A DNA stretch of 64,000 bases. Source: a virus. Within the stretch, counting starts at the first letter, position 1; every line of letters starts with the position of its first letter. Below the pieces are notes generated by a model that did not search any database, was not told the DNA's origin, and was given only the letters and a program-made list of their open reading frames with translations. Position numbers and translations under genes: made by a program. The stretch covers positions 32,001 to 96,000 of IMG/VR virus record IMGVR_UViG_3300045988_063132. One strand, written 5' to 3'. Positions 18,873 through 28,742 of the stretch are shown here, in pieces.

Positions 18873-20216
18873 ATGAAAAAAGATATCAAATCTCAAACAA
18901 TTGACAATTCTACCAAAAAATATCCGGTAGAAAGTAAAACATGGAAGTCTGATGTATGTCAGGCTTTGAAATTAGGTTATAAAGTAGAAGCTTTAAATGA
19001 AGAGCAAGCCGAATATATTAAGAAGATTGAAACTAAGCTTGCAGAAAAGGCTGCAAAAGCCAAAGTAAAAGAAGAGATGAAACAAACTCTTCTGAAAAAG
19101 ATGTCAGATATAATGAAAGCTAAGAAAGCAGCAATTATATCTGCAGCCAATGATCTAGCTGATAGAATTATTCTTCGTGCCATTGAGAAAGAAGAGCAGA
19201 AGAAGAAATTCGATGAAACCGACAAGAAAATTAAGGAGAAAGTCAAGAAGGATAAAATGGCAATAGCTGAAAAGAAACGTAAACGTAAAGCAGAATTACG
19301 TAATAAAACTATTCCTAGTCCTGAAGCTATAGCTAATGCTAAGAAACAACAAGATTTTCTTGCAAAAGCTCATGCCGCTAAACGTGAAGAGATTGAAGCT
19401 CGTCTCGATGAGAAAGAAAATTTCATGAATCAATCTGCAGAAGAATGGAGTAAAAAACATGAAGAACGTATTAAACGTAATACGGAACTTGCTCTCAAAC
19501 GATTGCATCACAAAGAGATTAAGCTCAAACGTACTACAAAAGCTGAAAGAATTGAAGCAATTAAAGCTAAGAAAGAAGCTGGTAAAGCAGCTTTCAATGC
19601 TGAAATGAAACGTCAAGCTTCAGAAATTGCAGCAGACCGTCAAGGTTATGCTAATCGCGTAGAGAAACGTAGACGTACTGAAACAGAACGTCTTGCAATG
19701 ATTGCAGAGCGTAGAAAACTACGTAAAGATAAGATTTTTACAGAACATCTTAAACAACAAAAGATTCAGCAATTGAATCTTAAACGTTTTATAGAGTCTG
19801 AAAAAGCTCGTCTAGCACGAAAAGAAGAAAAACGTGCCAAGTATCTTACTACGGGTGGAATAAAAGTTCCCAAAGTAAAGAACAATGTTGCTATAGATAA
19901 AACTAGAGCAGAAGAATATATTAAAGTTGCTGAAACAAAAATGAAAGATGAAAAAGAACGTTATATAATACGTATTGCATCAATTGCTTCATCAGAAATT
20001 GTAAGTGATTCTGTTTGTGCATTCATTTGTAAACCAGAAGAACTTAATAAACGTATGAAAGAAGTTCATAACAAACATATGAAAGAAGAACCCGATACAT
20101 ATGTAGGTATTTATGCTTACTCTGGCATCGGTAAAGATCAGAAATGTGTAAGTGAGATGCTAAACGATAAGTTTAAGGATCGTAGTAGACTTAATCCGAA
20201 AAATGAAGCAGCATAA
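18873..20216 (+). CDS. K/E-rich coiled-coil protein (about 447 aa)
   Basis: Start moved to ATG 18873 because the track start at 18804 overlaps the tRNA-like element. Highly charged repetitive KEE/AKK heptad-like sequence. Confidence 0.55.
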   Translation: MKKDIKSQTIDNSTKKYPVESKTWKSDVCQALKLGYKVEALNEEQAEYIKKIETKLAEKAAKAKVKEEMKQTLLKKMSDIMKAKKAAIISAANDLADRIILRAIEKEEQKKKFDETDKKIKEKVKKDKMAIAEKKRKRKAELRNKTIPSPEAIANAKKQQDFLAKAHAAKREEIEARLDEKENFMNQSAEEWSKKHEERIKRNTELALKRLHHKEIKLKRTTKAERIEAIKAKKEAGKAAFNAEMKRQASEIAADRQGYANRVEKRRRTETERLAMIAERRKLRKDKIFTEHLKQQKIQQLNLKRFIESEKARLARKEEKRAKYLTTGGIKVPKVKNNVAIDKTRAEEYIKVAETKMKDEKERYIIRIASIASSEIVSDSVCAFICKPEELNKRMKEVHNKHMKEEPDTYVGIYAYSGIGKDQKCVSEMLNDKFKDRSRLNPKNEAA

Positions 20217-20250
20217 TATACAACAGGGGTGCGTCTGTAACGCACAATAT

Positions 20251-20322
20251 AGCGGGATGGCGCAAAGGTAGCGCGTAGCTTTCACGAGGCTGAGGTTGGT
20301 AGTTCGAATCTATCTCCCGCAA
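20251..20322 (+). tRNA. tRNA; anticodon loop TTCACGA suggests anticodon CAC (Val), to be verified
   Basis: Acceptor (A)GCGGGA/TCCCGC(A), D-arm GCGC-AAAGGTA-GCGC, anticodon stem TAGCT/GGCTG, T-arm GGTAG-TTCGAAT-CTATC. Confidence 0.75.
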
Positions 20323-20340
20323 CTAATTAACCGTAGTACT

Positions 20341-22251
20341 ATGAAAATTAAAGGAAAGACTTGCGTAGTCTTTGATATTGAAGTTTTAAAGAACGTATTT
20401 ACTTGTACTTGTAAGAATACTGAAACAAAACAGATTACAGTATTTGAAATATCTCCAAGAAGAGTAGATATACAAGGATTAGTTACATTCTTTTATGAAG
20501 ATTATTATTTTGTAGGTTATAATAATATACATTATGATAATCCTATACTAAACTATATTATAATGCTATATAATAAACATTATTTTAATAGTTATAGTAC
20601 TAGAGAATTAACTGAATCAATATTTAGAATGAGTCAATTAGTAATTGATAAAAATTCTGATTTTGATTTATGGAAAGAGTATAAATACGCTAGAAACTTC
20701 TTATCAATAGATCTATTAACAATGTTATATTCTAAAGCTTTACGAGTATCTTTAAAAGAGATGCAAGTAACAATGCAATATAAGAATGTAGAAGAATTCG
20801 TAGTAGATTGGCATCAAGATCTTCCTGAAAAGGATATAGATAGATTAATATCATATAATATAAATGATGTAGAATCTACTGAAGAATTACTATATAGATG
20901 CGAAAGTGATCTAAATCTAAGAGTAGCTATTGAAGAAGAATATAAGATAAATTGTCTAAGTTTAGATGGTGTAAATACTGGTATGAAGATTCTTGAACAA
21001 GAATATATTAAACATACTGGTATTTCTAAAGAAAAATTAGAACAATTAAGGAGTCCTTGTGATCAAATAGATCTAGAGAAAGTAATATTTCCCTGGATTG
21101 AATTTGATAGTCCTATATTACAGAATCTATTAAAAGAAATGAAACAACTACATAATGTATCACCAGGAAGAAAAGGATATGAAAATACCTTTATTTTTGG
21201 AGATATGAAAGTAACTGTAGGTGTTGGTGGTATTCATGGAGATCGTGGTATAGAAATTATTAAACCACGAGAAGACGAATTATTATTAGATTCTGACGTT
21301 AGTTCTCTATATCCTAGTATGATTATAGAACATAATTTATATCCACCACATTTAGGTAAAGAATTCTTAGAGACTTACTCTAGTATTCGTACAAGAAGAT
21401 TGAACGCTAAGAAGAATAAGAATAAAGTAGTAGATAAAACACTTAAATTATCATTAAATGGTTTAAGTGGTAACTTACAGAATGAACATTCTTGGTGTTA
21501 TAGCCCATTTACTGTAATGCAAATTAGAATTAATGGACAATTACTACTTTTAAAGCTCTCTGAGAGACTTTTATCCATTGGATGTAAGTTACATCAGATT
21601 AATACTGATGGTGTCTTATATACGTGTAAAAAGACTAAATATGAAGAACTACAAAAGATATTAAAAGAATGGGAAGACTTAACTAAATTAAAATTAGAAA
21701 CGGAAGAGTTTACTCAATTCTATCAATTAGCTATTAACGATTACTTTGGATTATCTCCAGAAGGACACATTAAAGAAAAAGGATATTTCCTTACAGAAAT
21801 TACTTTAGGAAAAGGTTTATCTCCAAAGATAATTCCAGAAGCTATTATTAATTATTTTATACATAATATTCCAGTAGAAGATACTATTAAATTTTGTAAA
21901 GATATACGTAAATTCTTACAAGCTGAAAAGACAGGAAAACAATGGACAGTTGAATATAATGAACAAATTCAACAAAGAACCAATCGTTTTTACGTTAGTA
22001 ATAGTGGATACTATTTATGGAAATGGAAATTAGATGATACTGGTAAGAAGTCTTATCAAATAATGTTAAAAGATCATGGAGTAAGATTACATAATAAATT
22101 TTATTCTGATGAAGATCTTCAATGGAAATACTCTCAAGGAGAGACATTCCAAAGTATTTATGATATAGATTATCAGTATTATATTAATCAATGTATAAAA
22201 GTAATTGAAAAACTAAAACCAAAGCAGTTAAATCTGTTTAATTTTGACTAA
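20341..22251 (+). CDS. family B DNA polymerase with N-terminal 3'-5' exonuclease (about 636 aa)
   Basis: Exo I FDIEV, Exo II YNNIHYDNPIL, Exo III YNINDV. Pol motif A DSDVSSLYPSMI, motif B KLSLNGLSGNL, motif C-like INTDGVLY. Start moved to ATG 20341 (MKIKGK), downstream of the tRNA. Confidence 0.8.
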   Translation: MKIKGKTCVVFDIEVLKNVFTCTCKNTETKQITVFEISPRRVDIQGLVTFFYEDYYFVGYNNIHYDNPILNYIIMLYNKHYFNSYSTRELTESIFRMSQLVIDKNSDFDLWKEYKYARNFLSIDLLTMLYSKALRVSLKEMQVTMQYKNVEEFVVDWHQDLPEKDIDRLISYNINDVESTEELLYRCESDLNLRVAIEEEYKINCLSLDGVNTGMKILEQEYIKHTGISKEKLEQLRSPCDQIDLEKVIFPWIEFDSPILQNLLKEMKQLHNVSPGRKGYENTFIFGDMKVTVGVGGIHGDRGIEIIKPREDELLLDSDVSSLYPSMIIEHNLYPPHLGKEFLETYSSIRTRRLNAKKNKNKVVDKTLKLSLNGLSGNLQNEHSWCYSPFTVMQIRINGQLLLLKLSERLLSIGCKLHQINTDGVLYTCKKTKYEELQKILKEWEDLTKLKLETEEFTQFYQLAINDYFGLSPEGHIKEKGYFLTEITLGKGLSPKIIPEAIINYFIHNIPVEDTIKFCKDIRKFLQAEKTGKQWTVEYNEQIQQRTNRFYVSNSGYYLWKWKLDDTGKKSYQIMLKDHGVRLHNKFYSDEDLQWKYSQGETFQSIYDIDYQYYINQCIKVIEKLKPKQLNLFNFD

Positions 22252-22302
22252 TATTAACAAAAACTATCATACTCTAGAACAGATGAATTAAATTAATTCA
22301 TT

Positions 22303-22863
22303 ATGATACTAGAAATAGATACAAGTCTATTAAAAAAGATAGACAATCTTTCATTAAGTCAGCTAGTATTTTTAAATCTTGTATTAGACAATAATCAAAA
22401 ATCTATCAAAGAGGTCAAAGACATCGTTAGCCAGGTCAGCGACAATGATATACAAGATTTAATCAACAGAGGATTTCTTATTAGAGAAGAAAAAGCTAAA
22501 AAAGTTTCTTATAAAGAAACTGAACTATTAGTAAATATTATTACTGGTAATGCAGATTTATTTGAAGAATTTAAGAAGCATTATCCTATAGTAGTAATAA
22601 GACCTGATGGTACTAAAGGCTTTTTACAAGGTAATTCAAAGAAATGTAGAACTTTATATAATAAGATCATTAAAAATGATATTATTTTACATAATCATAT
22701 TATTCAATGTTTGGAGAAAGAAGTATCTGACAAACTTATGAGTGGTAAAATAGGTTATATGAAGACTATGTGGAAATGGCTTACTAACTCTGAATGGGAA
22801 ATTTATGAAGAACAAATTAATGAACCAATAAAAGATAATCTCTATGGAACAGAACTTATCTAG
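22303..22863 (+). CDS. hypothetical protein (186 aa), replication-module neighbour
   Basis: ORF track. Confidence 0.5.
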   Translation: MILEIDTSLLKKIDNLSLSQLVFLNLVLDNNQKSIKEVKDIVSQVSDNDIQDLINRGFLIREEKAKKVSYKETELLVNIITGNADLFEEFKKHYPIVVIRPDGTKGFLQGNSKKCRTLYNKIIKNDIILHNHIIQCLEKEVSDKLMSGKIGYMKTMWKWLTNSEWEIYEEQINEPIKDNLYGTELI

Positions 22864-23800
22864 TCCCTTACCATTTAAACATATATCTGTGGCTGCTGAT
22901 GAAGCGGTTACCTATATAAAACAGCGTAAGAATCATGAAATTGAACCACTCAAAAGTAGGTGGAATAAATTCAATTTTATGTGCTGTGGTGGTATTGAAC
23001 CAGGATGCGTTTATACTATAGTAGGTGCTTCTGGTACTGGTAAATCATCATTTGTAAATACGCTTGAAACTGACTTAATTGAACTTAATCCTGATAAGGA
23101 ATTAGTTGTATTATCATTTTCTTTTGAAATGCTCTCTAGTAGACAAGTAGGAAGAAAGCTATCTAATAAGTTGCGTCACACAACTTCAGAGCTGTATAGT
23201 GCATCAGAAGATGTTTCTGATAGTTTACTACAGGATATTGAAAAAGAAGTAGAAGTTATTAAACAATATCCCATCTACTATGTAGATGAATCAGCTACAG
23301 TAAGTAAGATAGAAGATACTATAACTTATTTTCAAAATACGATTGCAAAAGATAAATGGCTTATCGTATTTCTAGATCATACATTATTGGTCGAAGGAAA
23401 TGATACTAATGATGAGCGTAAAATTATAGCTGCATTAGAAAGAGTATTTATTAGAGCTAAGAAAGTTGGTAAAACAAGTATAATTCAACTTTCTCAAATG
23501 AATCGTAATATTGAAATGCCTGAAAGGATTATAAATCCATCAAGTCATTATCCTATGAGAAGTGACTTATCATCCTCAGATTCTGTATTTCAAGGTAGTG
23601 ATGTTATAGCAGTTTTATCAAGACCTGAAACATTAGGTATTACTGCATACGGACCGTCACGATTACCTGTACAAAATAAAGTATATCTACACTTTTTAAA
23701 AGTTAGAGAAGGCAAATTAGCCATACTTGAATATGAGAACGATCTGCAATATAACAACTTAATTGAAGTAGATAGATCTGAGAATAAACCACAGTATTAA
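22844..23800 (+). CDS. DnaB-like (SF4) replicative helicase RecA-fold domain (318 aa)
   Basis: Walker A GASGTGKSSF, H1a-like FSFEMLS, Walker B FLDHTLLV, H3-like IQLSQMNRN. Confidence 0.75.
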   Translation: MEQNLSSPLPFKHISVAADEAVTYIKQRKNHEIEPLKSRWNKFNFMCCGGIEPGCVYTIVGASGTGKSSFVNTLETDLIELNPDKELVVLSFSFEMLSSRQVGRKLSNKLRHTTSELYSASEDVSDSLLQDIEKEVEVIKQYPIYYVDESATVSKIEDTITYFQNTIAKDKWLIVFLDHTLLVEGNDTNDERKIIAALERVFIRAKKVGKTSIIQLSQMNRNIEMPERIINPSSHYPMRSDLSSSDSVFQGSDVIAVLSRPETLGITAYGPSRLPVQNKVYLHFLKVREGKLAILEYENDLQYNNLIEVDRSENKPQY

Positions 23801-23808
23801 TTTAATTT

Positions 23809-24333
23809 TTGGCTAACATGACTACAACATTTTTGAATAAAAAGGGTAACAATAATAACTTTAACTTTAACACTTACGATTTCTTGAATCCGTATTACGA
23901 GAAAATCAGTAAGAAAAAAGATGATAATTATATTGATAATCTTCTGACAAAAGCCTTTAAGAATCTGGTTCCTTGGGCAAAGAAAGAAGATAAGAAAGAT
24001 AGTATTTATATCATCTTCGGTGATGAACCGACGAAGAAATATACGTTTGAGAAGCCGAGTTTTACAATTACAAATATTTCTCCTACTTCTCTGAATCTGG
24101 AATGGAATAAAGCAGCTACACATTTGTTAGAATGTGTATATTATACTAATAATCCTACTTATGATTTTATTATCTGTGATACACCAATTAAAATTCATGG
24201 TAATTATATTCAGGTAGGTTCAGAAATTATTCCGACATTCACTCGTTCTGATTTCTTTACAACTATGAAGAAAGAAGATCAGATTAATATTTATAATATT
24301 GCAGTAGAAATTAACGCTATTTTTGCTGCGTAA
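23809..24333 (+). CDS. hypothetical protein (174 aa)
   Basis: ORF track. Confidence 0.5.
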   Translation: MANMTTTFLNKKGNNNNFNFNTYDFLNPYYEKISKKKDDNYIDNLLTKAFKNLVPWAKKEDKKDSIYIIFGDEPTKKYTFEKPSFTITNISPTSLNLEWNKAATHLLECVYYTNNPTYDFIICDTPIKIHGNYIQVGSEIIPTFTRSDFFTTMKKEDQINIYNIAVEINAIFAA

Positions 24334-24424
24334 TTGTTAACAAAACTTTTCAGATTCTTTCAAATTTTATCAAATTCTTTCGTAACTTATCAAATTATAT
24401 CTGGAAAGGTAAAAATATCTTAAT

Positions 24425-24742
24425 ATGATAGTATTACCTACAGAAAAAGTAAAAGCAAAAGTAAATAATCCTAGATTTTTGATTATTTACGGTCGACCTA
24501 AAACTGGTAAAACTAGTTGTGTAGCAGCTCTAGAGAATAATTTAATTATTGATCTAGAAGGTGGCTCTGAATTCTTAGATGCATTAGCAGTACAAGCAAG
24601 AACTGTTAATGATTTCGCTGAAATTGCAAATGCAATCAGAGAAAAGATCAAAGAAACAGGCAAAAAGCCCTATAAGTATATTACTATAGATAATGCTACA
24701 CGACTAGAAGAAATATGTCTATCTTACGCAGGTACGCTCTAA
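24425..24742 (+). CDS. Sak4/AAA_24-like RecA-fold ATPase, exon 1 (Walker A); gene interrupted by a group I intron
   Basis: Walker A IIYGRPKTGKTS and Walker B-like YITIDNATRLEE; the ORF stops right at the start of the intron-like structured RNA. Confidence 0.5.
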   Translation: MIVLPTEKVKAKVNNPRFLIIYGRPKTGKTSCVAALENNLIIDLEGGSEFLDALAVQARTVNDFAEIANAIREKIKETGKKPYKYITIDNATRLEEICLSYAGTL

Positions 24743-25622
24743 ATTTATGGAGCGCTATTTAGTAATGAATAGTGTAAAAGCTTTCTAATTTCTGGAACAT
24801 TTTACCTTTAAGTACGTTAAAGATACATTTAAAGTAAAAGGTAAAACAATCAGAAGCGAAGCAATGAAAGAAAAAACATTAAATAAATATATTGGTAAAA
24901 CTCATGGTGTATTAACTGTTATAGATTTAGACCATGAAACTTATGATAAAGAAAAACAAAGAAAACGAACTTATTTTAAATGCAAATGTAATAAATGTGG
25001 TAATATAACTATAGTAAGATCAGATAAATTAACTACTAAATATTGGATACCAAAGTGTTGTAATAATTGTGTCAATCAACAACAACACGAAACGGCAATA
25101 AAATTACATGAAAACGGTATTCCTAGTTATTTTAAAAAAAGAATTAGTTCTATTAAAGGAAATGCAAAAAGTAGAAATATAAATATGCAATTAACTAATA
25201 ATGAAATTTATAACATTATTCAAAAACCATGTTTCTATTGTAAAGAAAAAGAAGCATATGGAATAGATAGAATTGATTCTACAAAAGATTATACTATAGA
25301 TAATTGTGTACCTTGTTGTTTTATTTGCAATCGTATAAAAAATAAATATTCAATAGGTGTTTTTCTAGATAAAATAAGTAAAATATATAATAATTTTTTC
25401 ATTGAACGTTCAACGACTATCCCGAAAGGGAGTACATTACAAGCTAATGGTAATGGAAACGGAAGCATTCCTACTATTAATTAATAGGGAATATGATATA
25501 GTCTAATCTATATGGTGACATATAGCAGTTCATAAGAGAACGTATACAAATTTGCGAATTGTATAGAATATAATGATAAAGCTCAACCTCAAGGAAAATC
25601 TTGGCAAGGTACTGATGTTAGA
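24738..25622 (+). mobile_element. putative group I self-splicing intron carrying an EndoVII/HNH-type homing endonuclease ORF
   Basis: Core elements: P-like TAATTTCTGGAACA (24787-24800), Q-like AATCAGAAGC (24848-24857, complementary to P), R GTTCAACGACTATCC (25408-25422), S ATGATATAGTCT (25493-25504). R and S can pair as P7 (GACTAT/ATAGTC). Exon 2 frame is open upstream of its TTG pseudo-start back to 25536. Exact splice sites not determined. Confidence 0.55.
24864..25484 (+). CDS. His-Me finger (T4 EndoVII-like/HNH) homing endonuclease (206 aa)
   Basis: CKCNKCG zinc ribbon and GIDRIDSTKDYTIDNCVPCCFICNRIKN, matching the EndoVII-family pattern GxDHxx..N..CxxCN..K. The C-terminal coding sequence overlaps the intron R element. 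Confidence 0.75.
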   Translation: MKEKTLNKYIGKTHGVLTVIDLDHETYDKEKQRKRTYFKCKCNKCGNITIVRSDKLTTKYWIPKCCNNCVNQQQHETAIKLHENGIPSYFKKRISSIKGNAKSRNINMQLTNNEIYNIIQKPCFYCKEKEAYGIDRIDSTKDYTIDNCVPCCFICNRIKNKYSIGVFLDKISKIYNNFFIERSTTIPKGSTLQANGNGNGSIPTIN

Positions 25623-26003
25623 TTGCTTCCACAAGGAGCAGGATATCAATATATTAGACTTGCTGTAAGAAAAGTTATCGATATGTTTAAAGAACTTACT
25701 GATAACTTAATTCTTATTGGTCATACTAAGGATAAAATGATTAATAAGAATGGTGAGGATATGACAGAAATGTCCTTAGATCTTGTAGGTAAACTAGGAG
25801 ATATTATATGTGGAGAAGCTGATGCAGTAGGTTTTATGTATCGAAAAGGTAATGAAACAATTATTAATTTCGATAGTAAAGATGAAACTACAAAAGGAGC
25901 AAGAGCACCACATTTGCGTGAGCAAAAAATAGTAATTGCAGAAAGCAATGAAAACAATGAATTAGTATTTCATTGGGACAGAATTTATTTACCAGAAGTT
26001 TAA
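25623..26003 (+). CDS. Sak4/AAA_24-like ATPase, exon 2 (C-terminal part; no ATG, the track used TTG)
   Basis: No in-frame ATG at the start; the frame stays open upstream to 25536. Motif LILIGHTKDK typical of RecA-fold sensor regions. Confidence 0.45.
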   Translation: MLPQGAGYQYIRLAVRKVIDMFKELTDNLILIGHTKDKMINKNGEDMTEMSLDLVGKLGDIICGEADAVGFMYRKGNETIINFDSKDETTKGARAPHLREQKIVIAESNENNELVFHWDRIYLPEV

Positions 26004-26023
26004 GTTAACCAAAATTAAAGAGT

Positions 26024-26635
26024 ATGTATAGTTCCGAAAGAGCCAAGACTATTGTAAAGAAAGACGTAGCACACTTGTCAGCAGGTATTGAAGATAACGT
26101 AATGTTAACTGCAGTAAGATTTGATAAATCTATTAATGGTAATAGTTTTATTGAATTTAAGTTTGAAAAAGAAGGTAAATTGCTGACGCATACTGAGTGG
26201 GAACCTTCTAAGAGATCTGATGAAACTGAAGAAAGTTTTCAGAATAAATGTGATAATCAATTTTCAAGAATTGAACAAATTTTGAAATGTTATTATCCTA
26301 ATGCTGAAGATCGTAAATTTATCGGTGAAAACTTCACTCAGTTTGCTCAATGGGTAACAGAAATGCTGAATAAAGCAGATTTGACTACGCCATTAAGAGT
26401 TAAAATTGTATACAATAATAGTGGTTATACTACATTACCAAAGTATGCAAAGTATACGTTTATTGAACCAATGTCTTTGGTAAACGAAAATAAATCTGTT
26501 ATTGTAAAATTAGGTATCGATCAATTCGAGAAGCCTATTGTAGCAGATTTAGAAAAATCTAATCCAAGTCCTTTCTCTATGGGAAGTTCTATGGATGAAA
26601 ATAACAGCGCCGATCCTAATGGATTGCCGTTTTAA
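26024..26635 (+). CDS. hypothetical protein, possible single-stranded DNA-binding protein (203 aa)
   Basis: C-terminal acidic tail ending ...DENNSADPNGLPF resembles the D/E-rich ...PF tail of SSBs; sits between the recombinase-like ATPase and the primase. Confidence 0.4.
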   Translation: MYSSERAKTIVKKDVAHLSAGIEDNVMLTAVRFDKSINGNSFIEFKFEKEGKLLTHTEWEPSKRSDETEESFQNKCDNQFSRIEQILKCYYPNAEDRKFIGENFTQFAQWVTEMLNKADLTTPLRVKIVYNNSGYTTLPKYAKYTFIEPMSLVNENKSVIVKLGIDQFEKPIVADLEKSNPSPFSMGSSMDENNSADPNGLPF

Positions 26636-26762
26636 GATATAATTCTATTTGCGCAATAGAACGAAGACTATACTACCTCTGACTTTTGTCATGTAAGTAT
26701 ACCAGATCGTAGGCTGGCACTGACCACACAGGGGGTATTGTTAAAGGTGGAGAAGAGTAAGC

Positions 26763-26866
26763 ACATATTTCTTTAATATAAGAAATGAGCAGATGTGTGA
26801 ATGGGCCTAATACAAATGCTAACTAGCATGTATTTAAATGGGGCGGTTCGAGTCCGCCACTCTTCA
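26763..26866 (+). ncRNA. atypical ~104-nt tRNA-like element (7-bp terminal stem plus canonical T-arm plus internal hairpins)
   Basis: GAAGAGT (26763-26769) pairs with ACTCTTC (26859-26865). T-arm GGCGG-TTCGAGT-CCGCC. Internal hairpins ATTTCTT..AAGAAAT and ATGCT-AACT-AGCAT. Confidence 0.3.
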
Positions 26867-26888
26867 CTTTATTTAAATCTATATCATA

Positions 26889-27850
26889 TGTATGACTCTA
26901 CAAAAATAAAACAGCAAGATACTCCAATTACTTTGGATTATATCTTATCAAAAGTCACAGAATATGATATTTACGCTCGATATATTGGACAATTTAAGAT
27001 TGGTTTTATTTATAATAGTCCATTTAGACAGGATAAAAATCCTTCATTTGGAATATTCAGAAGTAAAAAATCAGGCAAATTACTTTTCAAAGATCATGGA
27101 AATGGTGAATGTGGTGATGTTATTAAATTTGTAGAGATTTATACAGGTCTAACAAATTATAATGATATATTACAACGAATTGTAACTGATTTATCTATTA
27201 CAAATAATACTAAGCTTAAAAGTACCAAGTACTATGAATCTAAAGATACCATAATAGGTGTAGTTAGACAAGAATGGACAGATATAGATAAACAATTCTG
27301 GTCACAATTTGGTATTAGTAAAGATACATTAAATAAATATAATGTATCTAGTATTAAATATTATTTATGTGACGGAATTGTTAAGGGCATATATAAGGAT
27401 GAAAATCCTATGTATGCTTATAAAGTATATGATCATTTCAAGATTTATAGACCTTTAGCAGATAAATATACTAAATGGCGTAATAATTTAACTGAGAATG
27501 ATATTCAAGGTTATGAACAATTACCTAAAACTGGTGATTTATTAATTATTACTAAATCTTTAAAAGACGTAATGGTTCTTTATGAAATGGGATACAATGC
27601 TATATCACCATCATCAGAAAGTACTTTTATTCCAGATAAAGCTTTAAAGCAACTTAAGAAACGATTTAAACGTATTTTAATTTGTTTTGATAGAGATATT
27701 CCTGGAGTTAAGAATATGCGTAAAATAAGCCTTAAAACAGGCTTAAATGGATTCTTAGTACATAAGAAATTCCATAGTAAAGATATATCAGATGCTGTTA
27801 AGAATAATAGCTTTGATATAATTAAAAACTGGTTAAAAGAAATATTATGA
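26889..27850 (+). CDS. DNA primase, DnaG/Toprim type (about 320 aa)
   Basis: N-terminal primase-like SPFRQDKNPSFGIF. Toprim E motif LLIITKSLKDVMVLYEMGYNA and DxD motif ILICFDRDIPG. Start moved to ATG 26889, downstream of the tRNA-like element. Confidence 0.7.
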
Positions 27851-28089
27851 ATATATATTATTGGATTTGGAATGATACAAGTTCTACAAAAGAACTACAA
27901 GAGTATTGTGGTGGAACAACTGTAGTAGCTGCAAATTCAGAAGAAGAAGCAAAACAACTTATTCGAGATGCATATGCTCCAGGGTTTGGTAAACCTGTAT
28001 TAGATATAGATTTAATATATAAAATAATGGGTGCCACAATTGATTGCGAAGAACCAACAATATTAATAGAAGAAGGACACGTAGAATGA
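27847..28089 (+). CDS. hypothetical protein (80 aa)
   Basis: ORF track; ATGA overlap with primase. Confidence 0.45.
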   Translation: MNIYYWIWNDTSSTKELQEYCGGTTVVAANSEEEAKQLIRDAYAPGFGKPVLDIDLIYKIMGATIDCEEPTILIEEGHVE

Positions 28090-28649
28090 TTTGGTTTACT
28101 TCAGATCTACATTTCTTTCATGACCGTATCTTAGAATTCCATCCAAAACGTAAAGAAATATTTGGAAATACTGTTGAAAAGGCTAAAGAAGCTATGATAC
28201 AGTTATGGAATTCCAGAGTAAATAAGAAGGATACAGTGTATATTCTTGGTGATTTATCATTTGGTGAAGTAGAAGATAAAAGAAAACTATTTCAAAGACT
28301 AAATGGTAATAAAGTCTTAATATTAGGTAATCATGATAAAGTACCAGATCATTTGAAATGTTATTTTAATCATATTACTCAAATCAAGAATATAAAATTT
28401 AAGAAATCTGTATATAACTTTCTATACAAAGATCTTGAAGTGATTATGTGTCATTTTCCAATGTTAAGTTGGGAACATAAAGACAAAGGATCTGTAATGA
28501 TACACGGTCATTGTCATGGAAAAGTAGATCAAATAAACACGGATTCTAAAGAATTAAGAGTAGATGTTGGTATAGATGCAAATCTAGCTAATTACGATTT
28601 AATATCTTTAGAGAAACTATCTAAACATTTAGAAAAAATAGAAAAATGA
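28086..28649 (+). CDS. calcineurin-like metallophosphoesterase (about 187 aa)
   Basis: Motifs SDLHF, GDLSFG, GNHD, GHCHG. Start moved to ATG 28086 (MIWFTSDLHF). Confidence 0.75.
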   Translation: MIWFTSDLHFFHDRILEFHPKRKEIFGNTVEKAKEAMIQLWNSRVNKKDTVYILGDLSFGEVEDKRKLFQRLNGNKVLILGNHDKVPDHLKCYFNHITQIKNIKFKKSVYNFLYKDLEVIMCHFPMLSWEHKDKGSVMIHGHCHGKVDQINTDSKELRVDVGIDANLANYDLISLEKLSKHLEKIEK

Positions 28650-28742
28650 CAATAACAGTATTTGAATTAGCACTAATTGTATTTATTTCTAATATTGGTG
28701 CTACAATGGTCTGTGAAGGAATCGAAACTCTGGTAGAAGCGT

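Noticed and set aside
20296-20340. Track start of the DNA polymerase ORF at 20296
   Set aside because: That start lies within the tRNA gene (20251-20322). The first ATG after the tRNA (20341, MKIKGK) is the likely start. The same logic moved the starts of 18804 to 18873, 26801 to 26889 and 28044 to 28086.
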